From assembly GCF_004321985.1 (NCBI RefSeq), contig NZ_SCQN01000009.1, forward strand, positions 25,033-89,032: a stretch of 64,000 nt of DNA, read 5' to 3'. A program made the position numbers and the translations under genes. The stretch is from Castellaniella sp. (lineage in GTDB: Bacteria; Pseudomonadota; Gammaproteobacteria; Burkholderiales; Burkholderiaceae_B). The stretch's first letter is position 1. Every line of letters begins with the position of its first letter. Below are positions 19,829 to 30,030 of this stretch, piece by piece. The notes below the pieces were generated by a model, which worked only from the letters and a program-made list of their open reading frames with translations, was not told the origin of the DNA and ran no database searches.

Positions 19829-21108
19829 GACGAAGCCCCCGATGTCAGCACGCGAGCGTCGGCTTCACCGGTTGCGCCCGCGGCCGCCTCGACCGCCGCG
19901 CGCCACCGCCGCACGGCCTGGCGCAACACCAGCAGCCCGATGACGAACAACGCCACAGGCACGAGCCAGGTCGTGGCCGAAAGCGGGTGCCAGGCCTCAC
20001 CGAAAAGAGGTACGGCCGGCCACTCCTTGCCGCTGAGTCGCGCCAGGGAGAGATAATCCTGGGAAAAAATGCGCTGGAGCATCTCCACGGAAAAAACCGT
20101 GCCGGCCACCAGCAGCACCGCCGCCACTCCGTACAGGATGAAGGCGACCGACAGGGCGGCAAACCCGCAATTGCGAACGCTAGCCGCGATCGCCCGCACC
20201 AGGCCGGCAATGCCGCGCGGGACGAACAGCATCACGACCACGAACAACAGCCCCTTGTACAGCAGCCAGGATGTGGTCAAGTCCGACACCACGTAGCCGA
20301 AGAAGGTCATCAGGGCCGCGCCGATGGCTGGCCCGAGAAAGAAGGTCACGCCGCCGATGAAGCTGTTGAGCAGCACCTCGGCCGACAGATCAAGATTGAA
20401 CAGGACATAATTGGCGGACTCGATGTTGATGGCCTGCAGCGCGCCGGCCACGCCCGCGAACATGGTGGACACCGCGAAAACCATCACGCTGGCCGCGTGC
20501 ACGTTATAGCCGAGAAACCGCATGCGGCGCGTGTTCTCCCGCAACCCCAGCGCCACCCGCCCAAGCGGCGTCCGTGTGAACAGGTACAGCAGGCCCAGGC
20601 ACAGAAGCACCCAGGCCAGAGTCAGGTAGTACACCTGTGTATTGTTGCCAAAGGACAGCCCGAACGCCGGCATGCGCATGGTGGAGACGCCCGCCTCGCC
20701 ACCAAACCAGCCACCCAGATGCGGCGCCAATGCGTACAGGAGTTCACCGATCGCCAGCGTGATCATGGCGAAATACACGCCAGTGCGCTTGGTCGCAAAC
20801 CACCCAGCCACCAACCCCACCAGCAGCCCTGTCGCCGCGCCCACCAGCGGCATGAACGGTGTCGGCAGCAGGCCATCCCCGCCCAGTGCGTTCATGGCAT
20901 GCACCGTGGCAAAGGCGCCGACTCCGAAGAACGCCGAATGGCCGAACGACAGCATCCCGGCCTGTCCGCAAAGCAGGCTGAACGCGCAGGCGAACAGGCT
21001 GGCAATCAGCATCTGGATACCCGCATTGACCAGGGACGGCGGCAGCACCACCGGTACGAGCACGAGTGCAAGGACAGTGACGGCACCCAGAATGATCCTG
21101 GATCGCAT
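19825..21108 (-). CDS. livM: HAAT ABC transporter permease with C-terminal hydrophobic extension
   Basis: GQAGMLSFGHSAFFG, YFAMITLA; 427 aa. Confidence 0.9.
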   Translation of the reverse strand: MRSRIILGAVTVLALVLVPVVLPPSLVNAGIQMLIASLFACAFSLLCGQAGMLSFGHSAFFGVGAFATVHAMNALGGDGLLPTPFMPLVGAATGLLVGLVAGWFATKRTGVYFAMITLAIGELLYALAPHLGGWFGGEAGVSTMRMPAFGLSFGNNTQVYYLTLAWVLLCLGLLYLFTRTPLGRVALGLRENTRRMRFLGYNVHAASVMVFAVSTMFAGVAGALQAINIESANYVLFNLDLSAEVLLNSFIGGVTFFLGPAIGAALMTFFGYVVSDLTTSWLLYKGLLFVVVMLFVPRGIAGLVRAIAASVRNCGFAALSVAFILYGVAAVLLVAGTVFSVEMLQRIFSQDYLSLARLSGKEWPAVPLFGEAWHPLSATTWLVPVALFVIGLLVLRQAVRRWRAAVEAAAGATGEADARVLTSGASS

Positions 21109-21112
21109 GGCA

Positions 21113-22054
21113 TCACTCCCTTTCGCCCAGCAGCCCATATGGGCGCACCAGCAGGATCAGCAGCATCAGGGCGTAGGGAATCGTCCCGGACAGGCTGGAG
21201 AGCTTCAGCGTCAGCAGGCCGCCGACCTCCTGGGCCCACGAGCCCAGCCCCACCAGCGCGAGCAAGCTGGCCAGGCTGTAGTCGACGCCGACGCTGAAAG
21301 ACGTGATCAGACCGATGAGCAGGGACGCCAGCAGTGCGCCTTCCAGCGACCCCAGGCCGCCGATCACCACCACCACGAACACCATGACGCCCAACTCGAT
21401 CGCCATGTTGGGACTGGTGGTGTAGAACGCGCCCGCGACCGCTCCGGCGAGGCCGGCCAGCGCCGCCCCTACGCCGAAGACCGCCATGAAGACCACCGGC
21501 ACGTCGTGCCCCAGCGCTTCAACCATGCCCGGCCGGTGGATGGCGGCCCGGACGATGATGCCGACCCGGGTATGCGTCAGCAGCAGGTAAATCAGCACGA
21601 ACATCCCCACCGCCACCGCGCCGATCAGCAGCCGGTAAAAGGGATAGGTCGACGGACCGATCTGAAACGCGGAGAATGAAAGCGACGCCGGGATCCGGTA
21701 GTTGACCGGAAAGTTGCCGAAGAACAGCTTGATGAATTCGGCAATGATGAAGGACAGGCCGAAAGTGAGCAGCAGTTCGTGGGCATGGCCGTACTTGTGC
21801 ACCGGCCGGAGAAAGTAGCGTTCGGCCACGACGCCCACCAGCCCCACGAGAATGGTGGCCACGATCACCGACAGCCAGAACCCCAGGAAAGGCTGCATGG
21901 CGTACGCGAAGTACGCGCCCAGCATGTAGAACGAGGCGTGCGCGAAATTAAGGATGCCCATCATGCCGAAGATCAGGGTCAACCCCGCCGACACCATGAA
22001 GAGAAGCAGCCCGTAGATCACGCCATTCAGGAGCGAGACGACGAAATAGTCCAT
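21113..22054 (-). CDS. livH: HAAT ABC transporter permease
   Basis: LLNGVIYG...GLTLIFGMMGILNFAH, RPYGLLG. Confidence 0.93.
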   Translation of the reverse strand: MDYFVVSLLNGVIYGLLLFMVSAGLTLIFGMMGILNFAHASFYMLGAYFAYAMQPFLGFWLSVIVATILVGLVGVVAERYFLRPVHKYGHAHELLLTFGLSFIIAEFIKLFFGNFPVNYRIPASLSFSAFQIGPSTYPFYRLLIGAVAVGMFVLIYLLLTHTRVGIIVRAAIHRPGMVEALGHDVPVVFMAVFGVGAALAGLAGAVAGAFYTTSPNMAIELGVMVFVVVVIGGLGSLEGALLASLLIGLITSFSVGVDYSLASLLALVGLGSWAQEVGGLLTLKLSSLSGTIPYALMLLILLVRPYGLLGERE

Positions 22055-22131
22055 ATTGCCCTTGTGCTAGGAATTCCGTGCCGGGCGTCCCGAACGATCC
22101 GGAACGCCCGTTGCGAGCAAAATGGGGACGA

Positions 22132-23379
22132 TCAACTTGGACGCCGCATTTTGCAAGCGCCCTGAACCGGCGCCTCGGCCTCGGCGGCGGTCAGCAGCTT
22201 CACGGGCTTGAATCCCATGTCCGTCCCGTCCACCTTGAATTTCGCCTCGGTGGAAACTTCCGAAACCACCATGGGCAGCAGGACCTGATGGTCGGCTGCC
22301 CGCATGGTCCATGCACCCATCGGGGTGTCCAGCTTGGTCTGCTCGATCTGGAGCGCCAGCTTGTTGATGTTGAGCTTGCCGTTTTCAGGAGCGACCTTCT
22401 TCAGCGCCGCACCGACCATCTCGATACCGAACAAGGTCTGGGGCTCGACGTAGACGGGGTAATGACCGACCTTGGCCTTGAACTCGTCGGCCATCGAAAC
22501 GCCAGCGCCGCCGTTGGCTTCCGCATCAAACGGGTGCACCACATAGGCGCCCAGAGCCACATGACCGGCATTGGCCAGATTCCCAGGCTGATCCAGGAAT
22601 GTGGTGGCGAAGCGCGCCTTCAGGCCACCCGCCTTCGCGGCCTTCATGAGCAGCAGCAGGTCGTTGGACCAGTTGCCCGTGATCACCGTCTGAGCGCCGC
22701 TGGCGATGATCTTTTGCACGTACGGGGAGAAGTCCTGGATCTTGTTCACATCATGCAGCGTCTCGCCCACGACCTTGTAGCCACCCTCGGCGGCATTCTG
22801 TCCGATCGCATTCTGCATATCCACGCCCCAGGAATAGTTCTGGTTGATGGAATAGACTTTCGTGCCCAGCGTATTGGCGGACTTCATGGCTTCCACCAGG
22901 GCCTTCACGCTGATGTCGGAATTTCCCGCAAAACGGAAGGCGTGGAAATTGCACTTGCTGCCCGTCAATTCCATGGCCTCCGCACCGACGTTGAGGAACA
23001 GCACTTCCCTGCCCGGGTTGCGGATATCGTACTTGCGGATATCTTCGCTGAGCTGGCCTGCGACGGCCGATGAGGCACCCTGGACCACCATCTGCGCACC
23101 GTCCGCGATCGCTGCCTTCAGCTTCTCGGCGGCGCCCGCCGGGGTTCCCTGGCTGTCGTATTGCAGCAGCTTGATGGGTTCGCCGCCCCAGCCGCCCTGG
23201 GCGTTGAGTCGTTCCACCGCATAGCGCGTGGCATCCCGGTACATCAGGCCCGTGGAAGCCTGAGGACCCGACAGCGTTTCCACAATTGCGATCTTCAGCG
23301 GCTCTGCGTTTGCCAGGCTGCCGATCACCGAAAGGGCAGCACAAAGCATCAACGGTTTGAAAATGGCTCGGTTTGCCAT
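22132..23379 (-). CDS. HAAT ABC transporter substrate-binding protein (PBP1 family)
   Basis: Signal peptide, LKIAIVETLSGP, QNYSWG; start MANRAIF with AGGAG RBS. Confidence 0.9.
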   Translation of the reverse strand: MANRAIFKPLMLCAALSVIGSLANAEPLKIAIVETLSGPQASTGLMYRDATRYAVERLNAQGGWGGEPIKLLQYDSQGTPAGAAEKLKAAIADGAQMVVQGASSAVAGQLSEDIRKYDIRNPGREVLFLNVGAEAMELTGSKCNFHAFRFAGNSDISVKALVEAMKSANTLGTKVYSINQNYSWGVDMQNAIGQNAAEGGYKVVGETLHDVNKIQDFSPYVQKIIASGAQTVITGNWSNDLLLLMKAAKAGGLKARFATTFLDQPGNLANAGHVALGAYVVHPFDAEANGGAGVSMADEFKAKVGHYPVYVEPQTLFGIEMVGAALKKVAPENGKLNINKLALQIEQTKLDTPMGAWTMRAADHQVLLPMVVSEVSTEAKFKVDGTDMGFKPVKLLTAAEAEAPVQGACKMRRPS

Positions 23380-23721
23380 GAAATTGTCTCCTGAACTCAA
23401 GATTTCGTGCGGCCACCCGCAGGGCGGCCGGGTCATTGAACCGTGATCCAACTGGTCTGACAGGTGAGTCTATTAGTCGTAATTTTGACTGTCAATAAGA
23501 AATCACCCCATTGAGGGTTTTCACCGATCTGCCTCATTCCAGTCCTATGGATTCATCGAGTGAAACCATATTATTCATTTATATCAGTGGCTTGATTAAC
23601 AATCGACAATTCATTTACCTGGGACACACGGCTCAAAACAGAACCAGATCAGGCAAAGCAAAAATCAGCCAACCTGTCAGGCAGCTTGAACCTCGGACAC
23701 CCCATGCTCTAATATCAGCTT

Positions 23722-24459
23722 ATGAAGACATACGAACTCCGGCCCGACGCCCGCCGGACGGTGGCTGAACCCACCAGCCTCCCGGACGAGGTCGCCAGCG
23801 AACTCATCACGGCCATCCGCGATGGCACGTACGGCGTCGGTGACCGGCTGCCCAGCGAACGCGAGCTATGCGAGAAATTCTCGGTGAGCCGCGCCGTCAT
23901 TCGCGAAGCCCTGTCACAACTGAAGTCCGAGGGACTCACGGCGTCCCGGGCCGGCAGCGGCGTCTTCGTCACCGAGCCGAACTACCAGGATGCTTTCCGC
24001 CTGCAGCCGGTGGACCTGGACGAGAAGCAGTCGCTGGCCATGGTCATGGAGCTGCTGTCGGCCTTCGAATCCGCCGCAACACGGCTCGCCTCGCTGCGGC
24101 GCACCGAATCTGATCTGAAGAACATCCGGCGCGCGCTGGTCGGCATGGAGTACGAAATCGCCAACGACCACCTGGGCGACGAGCAGGACTTCGCGTTCCA
24201 CCAGGCCATCGTCAATGCCACGCACAATCCGCACTACCAGGCGCTGAGCAAGCATCTGGAGCACAGCGTCCGGCGCCTCATCCGCCGGGCCCGCAGCAAC
24301 ACCAAGGCCAACTCCACCGACCTCGTCGAGGCCGTGCAGGAAGAACACAAGGCCATCTTCGCGGCCGTCAAGGCCGGCGACCCGGACGCAGCCGCGCAGG
24401 CGGCCGAACAGCACCTTGTCAACGCCGCCAAACGGCTCAAGCTCTACCTGAAGAGCTGA
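23722..24459 (+). CDS. FadR-subfamily GntR regulator
   Basis: GDRLPSERELCEKFSVSRAVIREAL; FCD domain DFAFHQAIVNATHN. Confidence 0.93.
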   Translation: MKTYELRPDARRTVAEPTSLPDEVASELITAIRDGTYGVGDRLPSERELCEKFSVSRAVIREALSQLKSEGLTASRAGSGVFVTEPNYQDAFRLQPVDLDEKQSLAMVMELLSAFESAATRLASLRRTESDLKNIRRALVGMEYEIANDHLGDEQDFAFHQAIVNATHNPHYQALSKHLEHSVRRLIRRARSNTKANSTDLVEAVQEEHKAIFAAVKAGDPDAAAQAAEQHLVNAAKRLKLYLKS

Positions 24460-24480
24460 ATTCACCCGGGAGCAACCCGA

Positions 24481-25224
24481 ATGATCGGTTTTCAACACAA
24501 GACAGTAGTGATCACCGGAGCTACCGGCGGCATAGGACGCGCAACGGCCCAGCTCATGCACGCGGCGGGAGCCGGCATCGCCCTTTGCGACCTGTCCGCG
24601 GACAGCCTGGAATCCCTGCGCAAAGAGCTTGCGGGATCGGGCAACGCCGGGCTGGTGAGCAGTCACCCGCTGGACGTGTCGGATTCCAAAGCCTGCGACG
24701 CCGCCATCCACGACATCGCAACCCGTCACGGGTCTATCGACCATCTGGTGAATGCCGCCGGCATCTACCCCGAACAGACCGTCAGCGGCATGACCGACCA
24801 GCAGTGGCGTGCACTCATGTCCATCAATCTGGACGGGACGTTCTACATGTGCCGCGCCGTGCTTCCGCACCTGGGCGAGAACAGTTCCATCGTCAACCTG
24901 TCATCAATGGCCGGCCACCGCGGCAGCTTTTCACACGCGCACTATGCGGCCTCCAAAGGCGGCGTGAGCAGCCTGAGCAAGAGCCTGGCTCGGGAACTGG
25001 CTCCCCGGACACGCGTCAACATCGTGGCTCCCGGCATCATCGCCACCCCCATGATCGAACAACTAGTCCGCGAGAAAGGTACGGCCCTGCTGGGCGACAC
25101 GCCCATGAAACGCTACGGCACGGCGCGCGAAGTGGCGGGTGTGGTGGCCTTTCTGTGTTCGGAACTCGCCTCTTTCGTCACCGGCGAGACTCTACACGTG
25201 AATGGCGGGCTGTATATCGTCTAG
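24481..25224 (+). CDS. Short-chain dehydrogenase/reductase
   Basis: TGATGGIG, NAAG, YAASK. Confidence 0.92.
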   Translation: MIGFQHKTVVITGATGGIGRATAQLMHAAGAGIALCDLSADSLESLRKELAGSGNAGLVSSHPLDVSDSKACDAAIHDIATRHGSIDHLVNAAGIYPEQTVSGMTDQQWRALMSINLDGTFYMCRAVLPHLGENSSIVNLSSMAGHRGSFSHAHYAASKGGVSSLSKSLARELAPRTRVNIVAPGIIATPMIEQLVREKGTALLGDTPMKRYGTAREVAGVVAFLCSELASFVTGETLHVNGGLYIV

Positions 25225-25278
25225 TGCTCGCCCGAACGAACCGCGTCGTACCCATCCGACACGCCAGGCAGTCAGCCG

Positions 25279-25983
25279 TCAATAGCCCAGATAGGCCCGC
25301 TTGATGTGCGGGTTCGCCAGCAGCTCGCTGCCGGTGCCCTCCTGGACGATGCTGCCGTTCTCCAGGACATAGCCGCGGTCGGCGAGCTGCAGCGTCTGGA
25401 AAACATTCTGCTCGACCAGCAGCACCGTCATGCCGCCCGACGTGATGCGCCGGATAATATCGAACATCTGGTCCACGAGCAGCGGCGAGAGGCCGACTGA
25501 AGGCTCGTCAAACACGAGCAGCTTCGGTGCGGACATCATGCCGCGCGCGATGGCCACCATCTGCTGCTCGCCACCCGAGAGGGAGCCGGCGATCTGACCT
25601 AGCCGCTCGCGCACACGTGGGAAGAGCTCCAGCACCTCGTCCATCTTGCGATGCGCATCCGCCCGGGCCGCCCGCTTGTAGGTTCCCATCAGCAGATTGT
25701 CGCGCACCGTGAAAGTCGGAAAGAGTTGGCGTCCCTCGGGTACCATCGTGATGCCCGCGTCAACGATCTCGAACGAAGGCTTGTTAGTGAGGTCCTGGCC
25801 CTCGAATTCGACCCGGCCTTCGGTAGCGGCCACGACGCCGCACAAGGCCTTCAATGTCGTTGTCTTCCCCGCACCATTGGCGCCGATGAGCGTGACCACT
25901 TCGCCGGCATTCACGTGAAAGTTCAGGTGATTGATGACCTGCGTCTTGCCATATCCGGCGCACAGATTGGTGACGTTAAGCAT
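25279..25983 (-). CDS. livF: HAAT ABC transporter ATP-binding protein
   Basis: GANGAGKTT, VPEGRQLF, LSGGEQQM. Confidence 0.93.
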   Translation of the reverse strand: MLNVTNLCAGYGKTQVINHLNFHVNAGEVVTLIGANGAGKTTTLKALCGVVAATEGRVEFEGQDLTNKPSFEIVDAGITMVPEGRQLFPTFTVRDNLLMGTYKRAARADAHRKMDEVLELFPRVRERLGQIAGSLSGGEQQMVAIARGMMSAPKLLVFDEPSVGLSPLLVDQMFDIIRRITSGGMTVLLVEQNVFQTLQLADRGYVLENGSIVQEGTGSELLANPHIKRAYLGY

Positions 25984-27757
25984 GCCGATACCCCTTACCC
26001 AGATACGCCTCGATCACTTGCGGGTTCTCGACGACTTCCTGAGGCGTGCCACTGGTCAGCACCTGCCCCTCGTTGATGACGATGACCCGATCGGAAAGTG
26101 CCATGACGGCCTGCATCATGTGCTCGATCATCACCACCGACACGCCGGACTCCCGGATCCTGCGGATCATGGCGATTGCCTTGTCGATATCGGTGGGATT
26201 CAGGCCGGCCATGACTTCATCAAGCAGCAGAATCCTGGGACGTGTCGCCAGGGCGCGGGCCACTTCCAGCCGCTTCATGCCACCCACGGTCAGGTTCCTG
26301 GCTTCGACCTGCAGCTGCTCCTCCAATCCCGTCTGCCGTGCAACGGCCAGCGCCTCAGCTTCGGCATGCCGCCTGTCCGTGGTGTGGATGAACGCACCCA
26401 GCATGACGTTCTCCAGGACAGTCAGCCCAGTAAACGGTTGGGCAATCTGGAACGTCCGGCTCATCCCCTTGTGCGCGAACTGGAAAGGCGCATGACAACT
26501 CGTCCAGTCACCGGTACGCGCCAGCATGCGCACCGTCCCCCTGTCCGGCCGCAGGAAGCCCGACAATTGGTTGAACACCGTGGTCTTGCCAGCCCCGTTG
26601 GGACCGATGATTCCCAGGATCTCGTTCTCGTACAACGTTAGCGAGACGTCATTCGTGGCACGCAGACCACCGAAGTTCTTGAACAGGTGGCTGGCCTCGA
26701 GCACAGGTTTCTCGCTGCGCGTGCAACCTGTGCCCAGCGGCTGCGCCGCGTGGCCACCCCCCTGCCCCCGCCCCAGGTACGGCAAGCGCGCAAGAACCTT
26801 CCTTTCGACATAATTGCCAAAGGCGCCGACCAGCCCATGAGGGATGGTCAGGACGACCACGACCAGGATGACTCCATAAATGAGGCCGTGCACGCCGTTG
26901 CCGACGCCACTGAGCCACGCCCGCGCCAGTTCGGCGATGGGCAGCACCAGGAAAGTCCCGGCCACGGGGCCGGCCACGGTTCCCATGCCGCCGATGAGTG
27001 CAAACATGGCGATCTGGATGGAAAGATCCAGAGAGAAGGCCGAGGCGGGGTCGATGAAGGTCAAGTAGGTGATGTGGAACGTCCCCACCAGGCTGGTGAG
27101 CATGGCCGAGATGACGGCCGCCAGCGTCTTGACGTTGGCCGTATTGATGCCGACCGCCAGTGCGGCGTCCTCACGCTCGCGGACCGCGAGCAGATAGTGC
27201 CCCAGGCGTGCCTTGCGAATCACCCACGAGGCCCAGAGCACCAGCAGGAACAGCACGAAGGCAATGATTAGGTAGTTGGTTTTGTCACGGAACACCATCC
27301 ACTTCCAGCCTATGCTCAGGGGCAGGCTGATGCCACTGGAGCCGCCGGTCCAGCTTTCTTCATGGATGACCAGCAGCCGCACGACTTCCAGGATGGCGAT
27401 GGTGGCCAGGGCAAAGAACGGTCCCTTGAGCCTCAACGTAGGATAGCTGATGATGACCGCCACGACCCCCGACACCAGGGCACCCGCGATCATGCCGAAC
27501 CACGGCGAAATCCCGAAATCCTGGGTGAGCAGCGTGGCCGCATAACCGCCAATGCCATAGAACACGGCATGCCCGAGGGACAGCTGGCCCGCAAACCCGC
27601 CCACGATGTTCCACGCGACCGACAGCGATGAGAACACAAAGAGCAGCACGAACAGATTGGTCCAGAAGGGGCTGTCCAACGACAGCGGAACCAGAAACAT
27701 CAGCGCGAACAGAGTCAGGCTGACATAGGTTTTTGGGTGTCGGATGTCGGGAAACAC
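25976..27757 (-). CDS. Fused HAAT permease (LivM) + ATPase (LivG), 593 aa
   Basis: N-terminal GFAGQLSLGH membrane domain; C-terminal GPNGAGKTT, LLDEVMAG in the same frame. Confidence 0.92.
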   Translation of the reverse strand: MFPDIRHPKTYVSLTLFALMFLVPLSLDSPFWTNLFVLLFVFSSLSVAWNIVGGFAGQLSLGHAVFYGIGGYAATLLTQDFGISPWFGMIAGALVSGVVAVIISYPTLRLKGPFFALATIAILEVVRLLVIHEESWTGGSSGISLPLSIGWKWMVFRDKTNYLIIAFVLFLLVLWASWVIRKARLGHYLLAVREREDAALAVGINTANVKTLAAVISAMLTSLVGTFHITYLTFIDPASAFSLDLSIQIAMFALIGGMGTVAGPVAGTFLVLPIAELARAWLSGVGNGVHGLIYGVILVVVVLTIPHGLVGAFGNYVERKVLARLPYLGRGQGGGHAAQPLGTGCTRSEKPVLEASHLFKNFGGLRATNDVSLTLYENEILGIIGPNGAGKTTVFNQLSGFLRPDRGTVRMLARTGDWTSCHAPFQFAHKGMSRTFQIAQPFTGLTVLENVMLGAFIHTTDRRHAEAEALAVARQTGLEEQLQVEARNLTVGGMKRLEVARALATRPRILLLDEVMAGLNPTDIDKAIAMIRRIRESGVSVVMIEHMMQAVMALSDRVIVINEGQVLTSGTPQEVVENPQVIEAYLGKGYRHA

Positions 27758-27776
27758 GCGCGAGACTCCTTGTGAC

Positions 27777-28643
27777 TCAATCCGTGCCCAGGCCGAACAG
27801 CCCGCTGGGACGCAGTATCAGGATCAGCAGGAAGACGCCGAAATAAACGACCTCCTTCAGGTCCGGCGAGATGTAGTAGCCCGCCATCGTATCCACCACC
27901 CCGATGATCAGGGAGCCGACCACGGCGCCGTACAGATTGCCCATCCCGCCCAGCACCACGATGACAAACGCGGTCAAGACGAAATAGGTCCCGACTGTGG
28001 GAAAGACGGGGTACTGGGGTGACAGCAGGCCGGCGGCCACCCCCACAAACGCGGTACCCAAACCGAAGGCCACTACGTAGACCGATTTGACATTGACACC
28101 CATCAGCATGGCCGCATATCGATGCTGCGCAACGGCTCGAAGCGCGCGGCCCAGGTAGGTGCGATGCATGAACAGATGCAGCAAGATCGCCAGCATGATC
28201 GCGACGATGAAGGTCAGAATCTGGCCCGTCACCAGGGACAACGGCCCCACGGCCACTGAGCGCGTGCCGACCGTCACATGCGCCCGAAAGACGTCCGCGC
28301 CGAACACCACCAGCGCGAGATTCATCAGCAGGATTGATACCCCGACCGTTGCGAAAATCTGAATTTCCTCGCCCGCATTCAACAGCGGCTCGATGACAAC
28401 CTTCTGCATGAGCGCACCCAGCGCGAACAGGATGACCACCACGGGCACCAGCGCGATATAGGGATGGATGCCCAAGTGCAATGACATGAGGTAGACAAGA
28501 TACATGCCGACCATCAGGAACTCGCCGTGGGCAAAGTTCACGACGCGGACGACCCCGAAAATGAGCGTCAGCCCCAAGCTGATGATGGCGTAGACTCCGC
28601 CCAAAAGGAGGCCGTTGACGAGCAGCTGAAAAAAGATGTCCAT
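27777..28643 (-). CDS. livH: HAAT ABC transporter permease
   Basis: LVNGLLLGGVYA..GLTLIFGVVRVVNFAHGE, RPSGLFG. Confidence 0.93.
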   Translation of the reverse strand: MDIFFQLLVNGLLLGGVYAIISLGLTLIFGVVRVVNFAHGEFLMVGMYLVYLMSLHLGIHPYIALVPVVVILFALGALMQKVVIEPLLNAGEEIQIFATVGVSILLMNLALVVFGADVFRAHVTVGTRSVAVGPLSLVTGQILTFIVAIMLAILLHLFMHRTYLGRALRAVAQHRYAAMLMGVNVKSVYVVAFGLGTAFVGVAAGLLSPQYPVFPTVGTYFVLTAFVIVVLGGMGNLYGAVVGSLIIGVVDTMAGYYISPDLKEVVYFGVFLLILILRPSGLFGLGTD

Positions 28644-28734
28644 GGACCCAGTCTCCGATTCTCACAGGCCGCCGACAGGAAAGCTGAGGTGCGGGGCCGA
28701 TGCGCTGCCCCACCCCCCAATCACGCGGCCGCCA

Positions 28735-29928
28735 TCACTTCTTGAAGACGGGCTTAGCCTGCGCCAAGTCCTTGGGCGCGATGGTCTTCAGGATGCCATC
28801 CTGCCACTGCATCAAATACAGCGTGGAGGCGACGTTCTGGCCATCCTTGTCGAACTTGAAACCCCAGCCGTTGGCCGTCTGCCCTGTCGGCACCTGATAG
28901 GCGAGAACCGCTTCGCGAATCTTGTCCTTGTCCAGAGATCCTGCCTTGCCCATCGCGTCCAGGAACGCCTTGGCACCGACATAGTTGGCCAGGCTGTGCC
29001 CCGACTGCGGCGTGGCGTTATAGGTCGATTTGTATTCGGCCAGGAACTTTTCCAGCCCCGGTGCGCCCTTCGGGTTGATAGAAATCTGCGGGAAGTCCAG
29101 GTTGAACACCCCATTGATATCCGATCCTACGGCCTTCCCCGTGTCGACGAGCGAGTACCCGCCACCAGCGCCAATCACAACTGCAGGATTGAAATTAGCT
29201 TCTTTTGCCTGGCGGAAGTAGAGCACCGTATCGTTCTGGTAGGACGTCTGCATCACGACATTGGCCTTGTCGCCCTTCAGGCGCAAGATGAGCGAAGACA
29301 GGTCCACGGACTTCGCCGAATACGCCAACTTCTGCACGACGGTATAACCAAGTGCCTTAGCGCGCTTTTCCTCGGTGGCCGCCACATCGGTGCCGTAAGG
29401 GCCATCTTCGTGAATGATGCCAATTCGAATGTCCTTTTTGTTCAAGCCCATCCCGGGGACAATCGTCTTATCCAGCGCACCCACGACGGCATCGCCAAAC
29501 GTTTCGGTATTCGGGTTGCTGCGGAACAGGTACTTATAGCCGCGGGTCGTGATCTTGTGAGCCGTGGCGCCTAATTCGAAATACGGGATCCCTGCGAGCT
29601 CCGCGACCGGGGAGGCCGCGTAGGCGAGTCCGGAGGCGTAACTCCCGAAAATGGCCGCGACCTTGTCGGCAACGAGCTGCTTGGCTCCCGATACAGCCTG
29701 GTTCGGATCAACCGCATCCACCTTCACGATCTCGATCTTGTCGCCGTTGATGCCGCCGGCAGCGTTGCGCTCGTTGACCGCCAGCTCCAATCCGCGAAAA
29801 CTCTCCTGGCCCAGCAACGCCAGGCCGCCACTGAAGGGATACAACGCCCCGATTTTCACGGGAGCCGCTGTCGCCGTCGCCGCCAGCACGCTCGACGCCA
29901 AGGCAATGACCAGTTTGCTGCACTTCAT
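28735..29928 (-). CDS. HAAT ABC transporter substrate-binding protein
   Basis: Signal peptide, VKIGALYPFSG, GSYASG; start MKCSK with AGGAG upstream. Confidence 0.9.
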   Translation of the reverse strand: MKCSKLVIALASSVLAATATAAPVKIGALYPFSGGLALLGQESFRGLELAVNERNAAGGINGDKIEIVKVDAVDPNQAVSGAKQLVADKVAAIFGSYASGLAYAASPVAELAGIPYFELGATAHKITTRGYKYLFRSNPNTETFGDAVVGALDKTIVPGMGLNKKDIRIGIIHEDGPYGTDVAATEEKRAKALGYTVVQKLAYSAKSVDLSSLILRLKGDKANVVMQTSYQNDTVLYFRQAKEANFNPAVVIGAGGGYSLVDTGKAVGSDINGVFNLDFPQISINPKGAPGLEKFLAEYKSTYNATPQSGHSLANYVGAKAFLDAMGKAGSLDKDKIREAVLAYQVPTGQTANGWGFKFDKDGQNVASTLYLMQWQDGILKTIAPKDLAQAKPVFKK

Positions 29929-30030
29929 GTCTACACTCCTCATCCCGTGCGACAGATGCCGGATCCGGGAATTATTGTCAGGTTCGCACCTTCATTCTTC
30001 CGTATGGCGCCATACCGTGCCATACCCGTG

